NCBI GenBank assembly: GCA_030638325.1
Contig: DAOWEV010000210.1
Coordinates: 1-41,441, forward strand
Direction: 5' to 3'
DNA: 41,441 bases
DNA from: Bacteroidales bacterium
GTDB lineage: Bacteria; Bacteroidota; Bacteroidia; Bacteroidales; JAGOPY01
In this document: positions 7,479-16,900 of the stretch, in pieces
How the letters are laid out: each line of letters begins with the position of its first letter
How positions within the stretch are numbered: the first letter of the stretch is position 1
Position numbers and translations under genes: made by a program
The notes under the pieces: generated by a model
What the model was told of the DNA's origin: nothing
Database searches by the model: none
What the model saw: the letters and a program-made list of their open reading frames with translations, nothing else

Positions 7479-9227
7479 ATGTCAAAAACGCTCATTGATA
7501 AAGAAACATTAAGGAAAGCCGAAGCCTGGACCACAGGTGATTTCGATCAGGAAACAAAAGACAAAGTCAGAGAGCTGCTGGAGAATGACCCGCAGGAAAT
7601 CGTTGAATCATTCTACAGAGACCTGGAGTTCGGTACCGGCGGCCTGCGGGGCATCATGGGTGTGGGCACCAACAGGATGAATAAATATACCGTTGGTATG
7701 GCTACACAGGGACTGGCAAACTACCTGAAAAAAATGTTCAATGATGTTGATGAGATCAGGGTTGCCATAGCATATGATTCCAGAAATAACAGTGAGTATT
7801 TTGCCAGGATCACTGCAGAAGTGTTCTCTTCCAATGGCATGAAGGTGTTCCTGTTTGAGAGCCTCCGCCCTACCCCGGAGCTGTCATTTGCGATCAGGCA
7901 GTTACATTGCCAGAGTGGGATAGTAGTCACGGCCTCCCATAACCCGAAAGAGTACAATGGCTATAAAGCATACTGGGATGATGGCGGGCAACTGATCCCC
8001 CCGCACGATAAAAATGTCATAGAAGAGGCACAGAAGATATCCGGCATCAATGAAGTTATGTTTGAAGGCGATCACAGTCATATAACCATCATAGGTGAAG
8101 AAATCGATGAGGCTTACATGGATAAAGTCAGGGCACAGTCGCTATCACCTGAATTGATCCGCAAACATAAGGATCTGAAGATCGTATATACATCTCTTCA
8201 TGGAACTGGCACGGAATTGGTTCCCAGGGCATTGCGTGAATTTGGATTTGAGAATGTGCATATCGTGGAAGAGCAGGCTATACCCGATGGCAATTTCCCT
8301 ACATTGAAATCGCCCAATCCGGAAGAGCCAGTTGCACTTGAGATGGCGCTGGATAAAGCAAAAGAGATCGACGCCGACCTAATCATGGCAACCGATCCCG
8401 ATGCCGACCGTGTTGGGATAGCCGTGAAAGACCTGGAAGGAAAATTTGTATTGCTAAACGGAAACCAGGCTGCCAGCTTGCTGATCTATTACATACTTAA
8501 AAAATGGCAGGAAAACGGCAAGCTGACTGGCCATGAATTCATTGTAAAAACCATTGTCACATCAGAGCTCCTTGCCGACATGGCACGGAAATTCGATGTT
8601 GATTATTATGATGTCCTGACAGGTTTTAAATGGATCGCTGACATCATCAAACAGCAGGAAGGGATCCGGACATTCATCACCGGCGGAGAAGAAAGTTATG
8701 GCTATATGGTGGGTGATTTCGTAAGGGATAAAGACGCTGTCACCTCCTGTGCGTTGATAGCAGAAGCCACGGCCTGGGCCCGTGAACAGGGCAAAGGATT
8801 GTATGAATTACTGATCGATATCTATTCCATCTTTGGATTTTATAAAGAAAAACTCATCTCTATTGTAAGAAAAGGGAAATCAGGCAGTGAAGAGATCCGG
8901 GCCATGATGGATAAATTCAGGAATGATCCGCCGGAGACGATCAACAACAGCACGGTCGTCAGGATCAAAGACTACCTCCTCAGAAAAGACAAGGATCTAA
9001 TTAAGGGTGAAGAAAAAGAGATCACCCTGCCTGCATCAAATGTCCTGCAGTTCTTTCTAAAAGACGGGAGCAAGATCAGCGTCCGCCCCAGCGGAACGGA
9101 ACCAAAGATCAAATTCTACTTCAGCGTAAAAGAAGAGTTAGCGTCGAAAGAGGAGTTTGATAAGGTGAATGCGCTGCTGGACAAAAAAATTGAGAATATT
9201 ATCAACGATCTTGGATTGGAAAGTTGA
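7479..9227 (+). CDS. pgm: Phosphoglucomutase / phospho-sugar mutase
   Basis: Motifs LEFGTGGLRG, TASHNP, DPDADR, GEESYG and RPSGTEPKIK. Confidence 0.93.
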   Translation: MSKTLIDKETLRKAEAWTTGDFDQETKDKVRELLENDPQEIVESFYRDLEFGTGGLRGIMGVGTNRMNKYTVGMATQGLANYLKKMFNDVDEIRVAIAYDSRNNSEYFARITAEVFSSNGMKVFLFESLRPTPELSFAIRQLHCQSGIVVTASHNPKEYNGYKAYWDDGGQLIPPHDKNVIEEAQKISGINEVMFEGDHSHITIIGEEIDEAYMDKVRAQSLSPELIRKHKDLKIVYTSLHGTGTELVPRALREFGFENVHIVEEQAIPDGNFPTLKSPNPEEPVALEMALDKAKEIDADLIMATDPDADRVGIAVKDLEGKFVLLNGNQAASLLIYYILKKWQENGKLTGHEFIVKTIVTSELLADMARKFDVDYYDVLTGFKWIADIIKQQEGIRTFITGGEESYGYMVGDFVRDKDAVTSCALIAEATAWAREQGKGLYELLIDIYSIFGFYKEKLISIVRKGKSGSEEIRAMMDKFRNDPPETINNSTVVRIKDYLLRKDKDLIKGEEKEITLPASNVLQFFLKDGSKISVRPSGTEPKIKFYFSVKEELASKEEFDKVNALLDKKIENIINDLGLES

Positions 9228-9282
9228 TACTTAGAGACTAAATCAATTAGGAATGCGAATTAAGGGTTGGGGTTTTGTTTTA

Positions 9283-9521
9283 ACCACAAAGGCACACAAA
9301 GTATTTCACAAAGTACTTCACAAAGGATTAAAGAAAACATTTGATTATTATAATTATAGAAAATATTTCAAATGGCACAAATACTCACTTATTTGAAACT
9401 TTCAGGATGTTAGTCAGGCTTATTGGCAAACTGTAATGTCAGACAATTGAAAGACGGTATTAAACGGGTTATTCTTTAGTCCTTAGAGTGACTTTGTGAT
9501 ATCCTTTGTGCACTTTGTGGT
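9283..9521 (+). pseudogene. GxxExxY-family (PD-(D/E)XK-like) gene remnant inside CACAAAG/CTTTGTG inverted-repeat arrays
   Basis: 9372-9479 translates as MAQILTYLKLSGC*SGLLANCNVRQLKDGIKRVIL*, matching my recollection of the family C-terminus (AQLLxYLKxxxxxLGLLINF..LKxGIKR). Flanked by ACCACAAAG...CACAAAG (4 copies) and CTTTGTG x3 ending CTTTGTGGT. Confidence 0.78.
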
Positions 9522-9581
9522 AAAAAAAAACCTTATTTCAATCCTTGATTCGCACTATGAATTAGGAATCAGTTCATTATT

Positions 9582-9655
9582 CCCGTCTTCGGTCTTCGGA
9601 CTTCGGACTTCCGTCTCTCAACTCTCAACTCTCAACTCTTATCTCTCACGCTTCA
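9582..9655 (-). repeat. Continuous 7-nt phased array GAGTTGA then AAGTCCG, starting at the stop codon of the GreA-like gene
   Basis: Minus strand: GTTTTGA AGCGTGA GAGATAA GAGTTGA x3 GAGACGG AAGTCCG x2 AAGACCG AAGACGG. Confidence 0.9.
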
Positions 9656-10114
9656 AAACACATCAATTATCTTTCCTTTCTTCCCACGAAACTCAAATGA
9701 ATCGCCTTTTTTCAGGTTTTCTATGGCGGCATAAAACGGTACGAAAGGAGAGATAACAAAGTAATCATCTCCATCAACATTCACTTTGCCTATCCCGGCA
9801 GAAATAAATAGCTTCTGTTCCCCGGTAAAAACAATGGCCCCGAAACAGGCCTTATCGGTAAGTCTCTCGGGTTCCACTTTGTCAAGTATATCCAACTGTT
9901 CCATAGCCTTCTGGACCTGTTTTGCAAACATATCCCGTTTCCTCAACAACTGGGTACGGAAGGAATCATAACGATCCTTGGGAGCGCCGTATTCATTGGC
10001 GCTGTCCTGTGCTTCCTTCATCACTTCTTTGAGTTCTTCCGAAGCATCCACCTGGTATTTCCTGCATGCTTCCAGAACCGTTCTTTTCAAGGCTATTTTG
10101 TCAGCTTCTTTCAT
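9653..10114 (-). CDS. GreA/GreB-like transcription elongation factor family protein (Bacteroidota type)
   Basis: N-terminal coiled coil with KDRYDS.R; C-terminal FGAIV..FISAGIGK..VISPxxP..KKGDSF fold. Confidence 0.7.
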   Translation of the reverse strand: MKEADKIALKRTVLEACRKYQVDASEELKEVMKEAQDSANEYGAPKDRYDSFRTQLLRKRDMFAKQVQKAMEQLDILDKVEPERLTDKACFGAIVFTGEQKLFISAGIGKVNVDGDDYFVISPFVPFYAAIENLKKGDSFEFRGKKGKIIDVF

Positions 10115-10119
10115 AACTC

Positions 10120-10174
10120 CCTAACCCGGACAAACCGGAATTTTAAATTTTAAATTATTAATTTTAAATGTTTT
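10120..10174 (+). repeat. Anchor CCTAACCCGGACAAACCGG plus AATTTTA heptamer array (copy 1)
   Basis: 52 of 55 nt identical to 40535-40589. Confidence 0.9.
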
Positions 10175-10306
10175 ATAAGAGATTCAGTGGATGTTTATTT
10201 AAAAGGAACTAAAGATAGTAATTTTTTACGGCTTATGCAAGTGTTTATTAATTTTTCCCATTAATTTTGTGACCTGGCAGAATAATGTATCTGAAAAACC
10301 GGCATT

Positions 10307-10849
10307 ATGGAAGAGATCTACAACGAACCCATATATTCAAAAAATGTTCTGGAATTTATCCGTGTGGCACATGAATATTGCCTTTTCATTGAGAAAGGAA
10401 ATGAGCATTCCGGCCATGAGTTCTTTGAATTTATGCAAAGGGTCGGGCCCTTATTGTACCTGAAAGGCTCCCTGCTACCGGAGGTCACGGTTGAATATCC
10501 GGAAGCCAATGAGAGATTTGTTACCGAAGAGGAATATGAAAACGTTTTTAATGAGCTAAGGGGTATTTTCGACATACAGGATATACACTGGCAGGTGGAT
10601 CATGAATATGACCCTGCAGAAGCGCTTGTAAAAGTCAGCCTGGGTGAGAACTTAGCAGATATCTACCAGGACCTTAAGGACTTCCTGCTGCTCTACCAGA
10701 AGAATTCCAGGGCCGCTAAGGAAAATGCTGTTCATGATTGTAAAGATCTCTTCATCAGCAGGTGGGGGCCTAAGCTTCTAAGCTCAATCAAGTATATCCA
10801 CTTTCTTCTTTACCGGGACCGGCCGCTGGAGAGTGACAGTTGGATATGA
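10307..10849 (+). CDS. DUF5063-family protein
   Basis: Bacteroidota-conserved motifs NVLEF..VAxEYC, PLLYLKGSLLP, ENLADIYQDLKDF and F...WG; -7 box TAATTTTG at 10262-10269. Confidence 0.8.
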   Translation: MEEIYNEPIYSKNVLEFIRVAHEYCLFIEKGNEHSGHEFFEFMQRVGPLLYLKGSLLPEVTVEYPEANERFVTEEEYENVFNELRGIFDIQDIHWQVDHEYDPAEALVKVSLGENLADIYQDLKDFLLLYQKNSRAAKENAVHDCKDLFISRWGPKLLSSIKYIHFLLYRDRPLESDSWI

Positions 10850-10850
10850 T

Positions 10851-10882
10851 AATTTTAAATTTTAAATTTTAAATTATAAATT
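10851..10882 (+). repeat. AATTTTA heptamer array directly after the stop codon
   Basis: Read directly. Confidence 0.75.
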
Positions 10883-11066
10883 TTGAGCCCACTACGAAAA
10901 GTAGTGAAAACTAAATATAGCCACAGATTATTCACAATATTACTTATTTTCAAAGGTGTTCATGAAATCACTTCGTTAAGTTCACAGATTATTAAAAATT
11001 AAATCTGTGAATCTGTGGCATGTTCTTCAATTTTTTTAGATAAACATCTTTTCGGTCTGGACTCAA
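10883..11066 (+). mobile_element. MITE-like element with nested inverted repeats and no ORF
   Basis: Outer IR TTGAGCCCACTACGAAAAG / CTTTTCGGTCTGGACTCAA (15 of 19); inner GCCACAGATT..TTCACAGATT / AATCTGTGAATCTGTGGC. Confidence 0.55.
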
Positions 11067-11217
11067 GTTTTTAATCCAAAACCTTAACCCGTTCACCGCA
11101 TATTGCGCATATGGAGTGGAGCGGGCAACCAACAACCTGCAACTAACTACCAGCATCCATTCGCTTATTTAGGTAGCATTTTTATCCCCCCTGGTGTTTT
11201 TCTCCATGAATAATAAA

Positions 11218-11256
11218 TATCTTTGCATTCTACTTATTTAGAATTAGTCTAATTAA
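11218..11256 (+). promoter_or_regulatory. -7 box TATCTTTG followed by a palindromic operator TTATTTAGA-N5-TCTAATTAA (probable iron/Fur-type site)
   Basis: 9-bp arms with one mismatch (11234-11256), between the promoter and the feoB start codon. Confidence 0.65.
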
Positions 11257-11258
11257 AC

Positions 11259-13778
11259 ATGCTTACACTGCGAGATCTCAAAGAGGGTGAGAAAGGGATC
11301 ATCACGAAGGTCAAAGGTCGTGGTGCATTCCGTAAGCGTATCACCGAGATGGGTTTCATCAGAGGAAAATTGGTGACTGTCATCAGAAGCGCCCCTTTTC
11401 AAGACCCTGTGGAGTACCAGATATTAAAATCGTTTGTTTCAATACGACGTAGTGAAGCCAACCTCATTGAAGTCATTAGTGAAGCAGAAGCCAGGAAACA
11501 ACTGGGTGACGCTCAATACGAAGGAGTCATTACAGATGAGCAATTGAAGATCAGCGCCCATGAGAAAGGCCGTCAGATCGAAGTGGCCCTGGTTGGAAAT
11601 CCCAATTCCGGGAAGACTACACTCTTTAACTTTGCCTCCCACTCAAGAGGACATGTAGCCAACTATGGTGGGGTTACGATCGACTCCAAGCTTGCAACAT
11701 TCAAACAGGATGGATACGTTTTTAATATTACAGACCTTCCCGGTACCTATTCCATCACTGACTATTCACCTGAAGAACTGTTTGTCAGAAAACATATCCT
11801 GGGCACTTTCCCGGATGTTGTCATCAACGTGATTGACGCCTCCAACCTGGAGCGAAACCTGTATCTGACCACTCAACTGATCGACATGGACATAAAAGTG
11901 ATCGTGGCGTTGAATATGTATGATGAGCTTATTCTGAAGGGCGACCATTTTGATTATAAAAGCCTGGGAAACATGCTCGGAATACCTTTTGTCAGGACAG
12001 TAGCCACCAGGGGCAAAGGCATTAAAGAGCTGTTCCGGAAAGTCATTGATGTTTACGAGGACAAAGACCCGACGGTGCGGCATATCCACATCAATTACGG
12101 TGATGAAATAGAACAGTCGGTCAGGAGCGTACAGGAACCCCTCAGGGAAAACAAGATACTGATTGACAAGACATCTTCACGATATTATGCCATTAAACTT
12201 CTGGAGAAAGACAAGTCCACTGATTTTTCACTTTCCAGTCTTGATAATTACGAGGCGATCCGGAAAAGGTGTGATGAAGAGATAGGGAGACTTGAAAATA
12301 TCCTGGGGGAAGATAGCGAGACACTCATAACAGATGCCAAGTATGGGTTTATTGAAGGAGCGCTTAAGGAAACCTATACACCGGCCAGGATAGAAAAAAA
12401 ATCAATCAGCCAGAAGCTGGATTCCTTCTTCACCGGGAAATACCTGAGTTATCCCATTTTTGTTGCATTTATGTGGGTGATGTTCCAGACAACTTTCATT
12501 GTTGGCAAATACCCTGTTCTATGGATTGAAAGCCTGGTTGCCGTTACAGGCAATGCCGTTGACATAATACTACCTGAAAGCATGTTTAAAGACCTGCTGA
12601 TCGAAGGTATCATCGGGGGAGTAGGAGGTGTCATAGTGTTCCTTCCGAATATCCTGATCCTGTTTTTTTTCATATCGATCATGGAAGACTCCGGTTATAT
12701 GGCGAGGGTGGCATTCATTTTAGACAAGCTGATGCACAAAATAGGTTTGCACGGCAGGTCTTTCATCCCGCTGCTCATGGGCTTCGGCTGTAATGTACCA
12801 GCCATTATGGCTACCCGTACCATCGAAAACAAGACCGACCGGCTGGTGACCATGCTGGTTACGCCGTTCATGTCATGCAGTGCCCGTTATCCTATTTATA
12901 TCCTGCTCATCAGCGCCTTTTTCACAAGCCACCATGGAACGATATTGTTCGGCATCTATGCGTTTGGCATCATGCTGGCAGGAGCTGTTGCATGGTTATT
13001 AAAAAACACGCTCCTCAAATCACAGGAAATGCCCTTCGTGATGGAGTTACCTCCTTACCGGTTCCCTACCGTAAAAAGTATCATGAAGCATACCTGGTTC
13101 AAAGGTTCGCAGTATCTCCGCAAGATCGGTGGTGTGATCCTGATCGCCTCGGTGATTATCTGGGCATTGGGTTATTTTCCTAGAAACACCGGGGTAAATG
13201 ATCATTATGAAGTGATGATATTGCAGCTAACAGAAAAATATAACGATAAGATCTCTGTGGCAGCTCAGTGGGATCCGGAAAGTGTAGAAGGATTAAAAAA
13301 TGAGATGACTGACAGCATCTCAGGCCTGGAATCTGAGAAACAACGGTTACAGCAGGAATATTCATTTATCGGCCGCCTTGGTAAATTCATTGAGCCTGTA
13401 ATAGCACCACTGGGATTCGACTGGCGCACGGGAGTCAGCCTCATTGCAGGCGCCGCTGCCAAAGAGGTGGTGGTAAGCACCATGGGTGTTCTTTATCAAT
13501 CCCATACAGAAAAAGACACCAATGGACTGATCTCAACATTACGCAACCTGACTTACAACAGTGGTAAACTGAAAGGTCAGAAGGTATTCTCCCCCCTCAT
13601 CGCCCTTACCATCATGCTCTTCGTCCTTATCTATTTCCCGTGCATCGCTGTCATTGCCACTATCAAAAAGGAGTCCGGGGCATGGAAATGGTCATTGTTC
13701 CTAATGGTTTACACTACGGCAATGGCCTGGACAATATCCTTTCTCTTTTATCAGGGAGGAACGCTGTTGGGGTTTTAG
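11259..13778 (+). CDS. feoB: Ferrous iron transporter FeoB with N-terminal FeoA fusion
   Basis: FeoA SH3-like N-terminus (R.xEMGF..G..V.VIR.APFxDP); GTPase motifs GNPNSGKT, DLPGTYS and NMYD; membrane motifs GFGCNVPA, PFMSCSAR and YFPC. Confidence 0.96.
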   Translation: MLTLRDLKEGEKGIITKVKGRGAFRKRITEMGFIRGKLVTVIRSAPFQDPVEYQILKSFVSIRRSEANLIEVISEAEARKQLGDAQYEGVITDEQLKISAHEKGRQIEVALVGNPNSGKTTLFNFASHSRGHVANYGGVTIDSKLATFKQDGYVFNITDLPGTYSITDYSPEELFVRKHILGTFPDVVINVIDASNLERNLYLTTQLIDMDIKVIVALNMYDELILKGDHFDYKSLGNMLGIPFVRTVATRGKGIKELFRKVIDVYEDKDPTVRHIHINYGDEIEQSVRSVQEPLRENKILIDKTSSRYYAIKLLEKDKSTDFSLSSLDNYEAIRKRCDEEIGRLENILGEDSETLITDAKYGFIEGALKETYTPARIEKKSISQKLDSFFTGKYLSYPIFVAFMWVMFQTTFIVGKYPVLWIESLVAVTGNAVDIILPESMFKDLLIEGIIGGVGGVIVFLPNILILFFFISIMEDSGYMARVAFILDKLMHKIGLHGRSFIPLLMGFGCNVPAIMATRTIENKTDRLVTMLVTPFMSCSARYPIYILLISAFFTSHHGTILFGIYAFGIMLAGAVAWLLKNTLLKSQEMPFVMELPPYRFPTVKSIMKHTWFKGSQYLRKIGGVILIASVIIWALGYFPRNTGVNDHYEVMILQLTEKYNDKISVAAQWDPESVEGLKNEMTDSISGLESEKQRLQQEYSFIGRLGKFIEPVIAPLGFDWRTGVSLIAGAAAKEVVVSTMGVLYQSHTEKDTNGLISTLRNLTYNSGKLKGQKVFSPLIALTIMLFVLIYFPCIAVIATIKKESGAWKWSLFLMVYTTAMAWTISFLFYQGGTLLGF

Positions 13779-13804
13779 AGTTGAGAGTTGAGGGATGAGA
13801 GTTG
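13779..13804 (+). repeat. AGTTGAG heptamer array in phase with the feoB stop codon
   Basis: GTTTTAG AGTTGAG AGTTGAG GGATGAG AGTTG. Confidence 0.75.
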
Positions 13805-13937
13805 TTAATATTTCTTAAATCTATTGGTTTGCCTGCAATATATCTTTTCGCATTTTAGTTTATTCAAAAAGATTGCCTCTGCTGATTTCTACAAAAGTCC
13901 ATTTTTTTAGTACTTTATTTATCCAAAATTAGCCGTT

Positions 13938-16900
13938 ATGTTATCATTAAAACGACCTCTAAAAATTGCTTCTGTTTTCCTCATTTTATTGTTTATTATT
14001 TCATCCTGTGAGCATCAGGAAAAAAAACAATGTACTGAACAAGAACTGAGTGAATATGTGCTTGCTTATACCTCGGGCGTTATTTCATCCGGATCTGGTA
14101 TCAAGGTGAGGTTGGCTAATATTCCTGAAAATTGGTATGTTGGGGAAATGATTCCCTATGGGTATTTCCGGTTTGATCCGCCTGTTCACGGTACAGCATA
14201 CCTGAGAGAGTTCAATGTAATTGAATTTGTGCCTGAAAATAATTTTAAATCAGGAAAAGAGTATAAGCTTGATTTCCATCTTGGTAAGATTTTTACTAAT
14301 ACTCCAGGATATTTAAAAACTATTCCATTTAGTTTCACGATCATCAGCCAGGATTTTGAAATAGATGCAATTGGCTTGTCATTGTCAGGGGATGACAATC
14401 TTTATATCTATAAAGGAATCATCAGGACAGCAGACATCATCACTGATTTTGAATTGGAAAAAATATTAAATGCCTGGATTAATAATAAAAAGATGGATAT
14501 CCAATGGGAACATAATGCATCCGGAAGATCGCACACTTTTAAGATTTCCGGGATCCCCCGCCTGGATAATGAGCAGGAATTAATAATTAAATGGGATGGA
14601 AAAGAAATTGATGTCGATAAAACCGGATCGGAAACCGTCAAAATCCCTTCAAAAGAAGTATTTAATATAAGTTCGGTGCAAGTCGTGCAGGAGCCTGAAC
14701 AATATGTTGTTATCAGGTTTTCAGATCCTATTGATAATGAAATGAACCTGGATGGATTAATTACAATGACTTCTGCTGATAAATTAAAATTCACCATAAG
14801 CGGTAATACAATAAAGGTTTATCCGGGCCAGACACTTAATGGAGCACAGAAACTTGAGATATTTTCGGGTATTAAAAACTCCGTGGGGCGACGCCTTCCA
14901 AAAAATTATGAATACATTTTAAGTTTTGAAGACCTGAAACCTGCCGTAAAATTGCTAAGCAATGGTGTGATCCTTCCATCCTCCGAGGGGTTAGTTCTTA
15001 ATTTTGAAGCTGTAAACCTGAAAGCGGTTGACCTTACAATTTTCAGGATATATGAAAATAATATTCCACAATTTTTACAAGTAAACAGAATGGGGGAATC
15101 TAATGAAATGACACGTATTGGAAAGCCAATCCTTAAAAAACAGGTTAAGCTGGCAACGGCCAGCAATACAAACTTTAGCAACTGGAGTGTATATTCGTTA
15201 GAGCTGTCGGAAATAATAAATCAGGAACCCGGGGCGCTTTACAGGGTTCTGATAAGTTTTAAGAAAGAATATTCTACATATGATTGTTATGAAAGTGGTG
15301 AAAATGAAAAGGATGAATTACTGCTTGAAACAACGTATGACCTGGATGAAGAATTCAGTGGTTGGGATGCTCCGTATTATTACAATTCTTACTATCCACA
15401 AGGCTACAGGTGGTCGCAGCGGGATAATCCCTGCCATGTTTCATATTATTATAGAGACAGGTTTAAAAGCACAAACCTGCTGGTTTCTGATCTCGGCATA
15501 ATTGCAAAAGGTGCAACAGACCACTCCATGTTTTTTGCAGTCACCGATCTTAAATCAACAAATACTATTGGTGGAGTAATTTTAGAAGTATATGATTATC
15601 AAAACCAATTACTGGAAACGATAAAGACAGGCCAGGATGGTTTTGCAGAATTAACATTTAATAAAAAGCCCTATTTACTTGTTGCCAGTCATAACAGGCA
15701 AAAAGGATATTTACGATTGGATGATGGGACATCCCTGTCGATGAGCAAATTTGATGTAAATGGCATGCGTGTCCAAAAAGGGCTTAAGGGATTTATATAT
15801 GGTGATCGCGGCGTCTGGAGGCCCGGTGATACATTGTTTCTGAATTTTATTTTGTACGATGAAGATAATGTGCTTCCGGAAGGCCATCCGGTGAAAATGG
15901 AGCTTTATAACCCCCAAGGACAACTCGTGAAAAGCAAGGTGGGCATAGATAATGCATTTGGGATTTATAATTTCACCATGACCACTTATTCATCGGCCCC
16001 AACAGGGAACTGGCGTGCAAAGGTGAGAGTTGGCAACATTGAATTCAGCAGGAGAATAAGGGTTGAAACAATAAAACCAAATCGCCTGAAAATAAAACTT
16101 GATTTGGGCAATGATAAAATCCTTGCCTCTACGGGCTTTGTGAAGGGTAGTATTCAATCAAACTGGCTGCATGGTGCCCCGGCTAAAGACCTTAGGGCAT
16201 CCATTGAAATGACATTAAATAGGAGTTATACAGCTTTTGAGAATTATCCGGATTTTACTTTTACCGACCCCACCAAATATTTTGAATCAACTACATCAAT
16301 AATTTTTGATGATACTCTTAATGATTCAGGGTTTGCCCGCTTTAATTCGCAGTTAGGAAACTCGAGCCGTGCTCCGGGGATGTTAAAAGCCATTTTCTAT
16401 ACACGTATTTTTGAGAAAGGCGGTGATTTTAGTTTTGACTATTATTCTTTACCATATTCTCCTTATAATAAATATATTGGAATAAAACCGCCGGAAGGCG
16501 ATGACAGAAATCAATTGCTTACTGATTCGATTCATAAAATCGAAATTATTACCGTTGATTATCACGGGAACCCTGTACAAACAAAGGGTCTTGTTGTGAG
16601 GGTTCTTAAGGTAAATTGGAATTGGTGGTGGAATGCTACCGATAATGATCTTGCATCTTATTATGGTGATGAATATCTGAACCCAGTGGAAGAGACCAAA
16701 GTATCAACAGATCAGAATGGGAAGGCAAGTTTTAAATTTTCTATCCCTTATCCTTCCTGGGGCAGATACCTTATACATGTTTCCGACCCTGTCGGAGGGC
16801 ATGCCTGTGGTAAAAGTGTGTTTGTCGACTGGCCCGGATATGCCGGCAGAGACCGGGCTGGACATCCTGAAGCAGCTTCAATGCTTAATTTTACTTCAGA

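Noticed and set aside
1750-9413. Amber (TAG) recoding suggested by in-frame TAGs in the FISUMP gene and GxxExxY remnant
   Set aside because: TAG ends full-length yciO-like, rfbD, feoB, uvrA, suhB and other genes at their expected C-termini. The two read-through residues would also differ (W versus probably K), and each is a single-base nonsense change.
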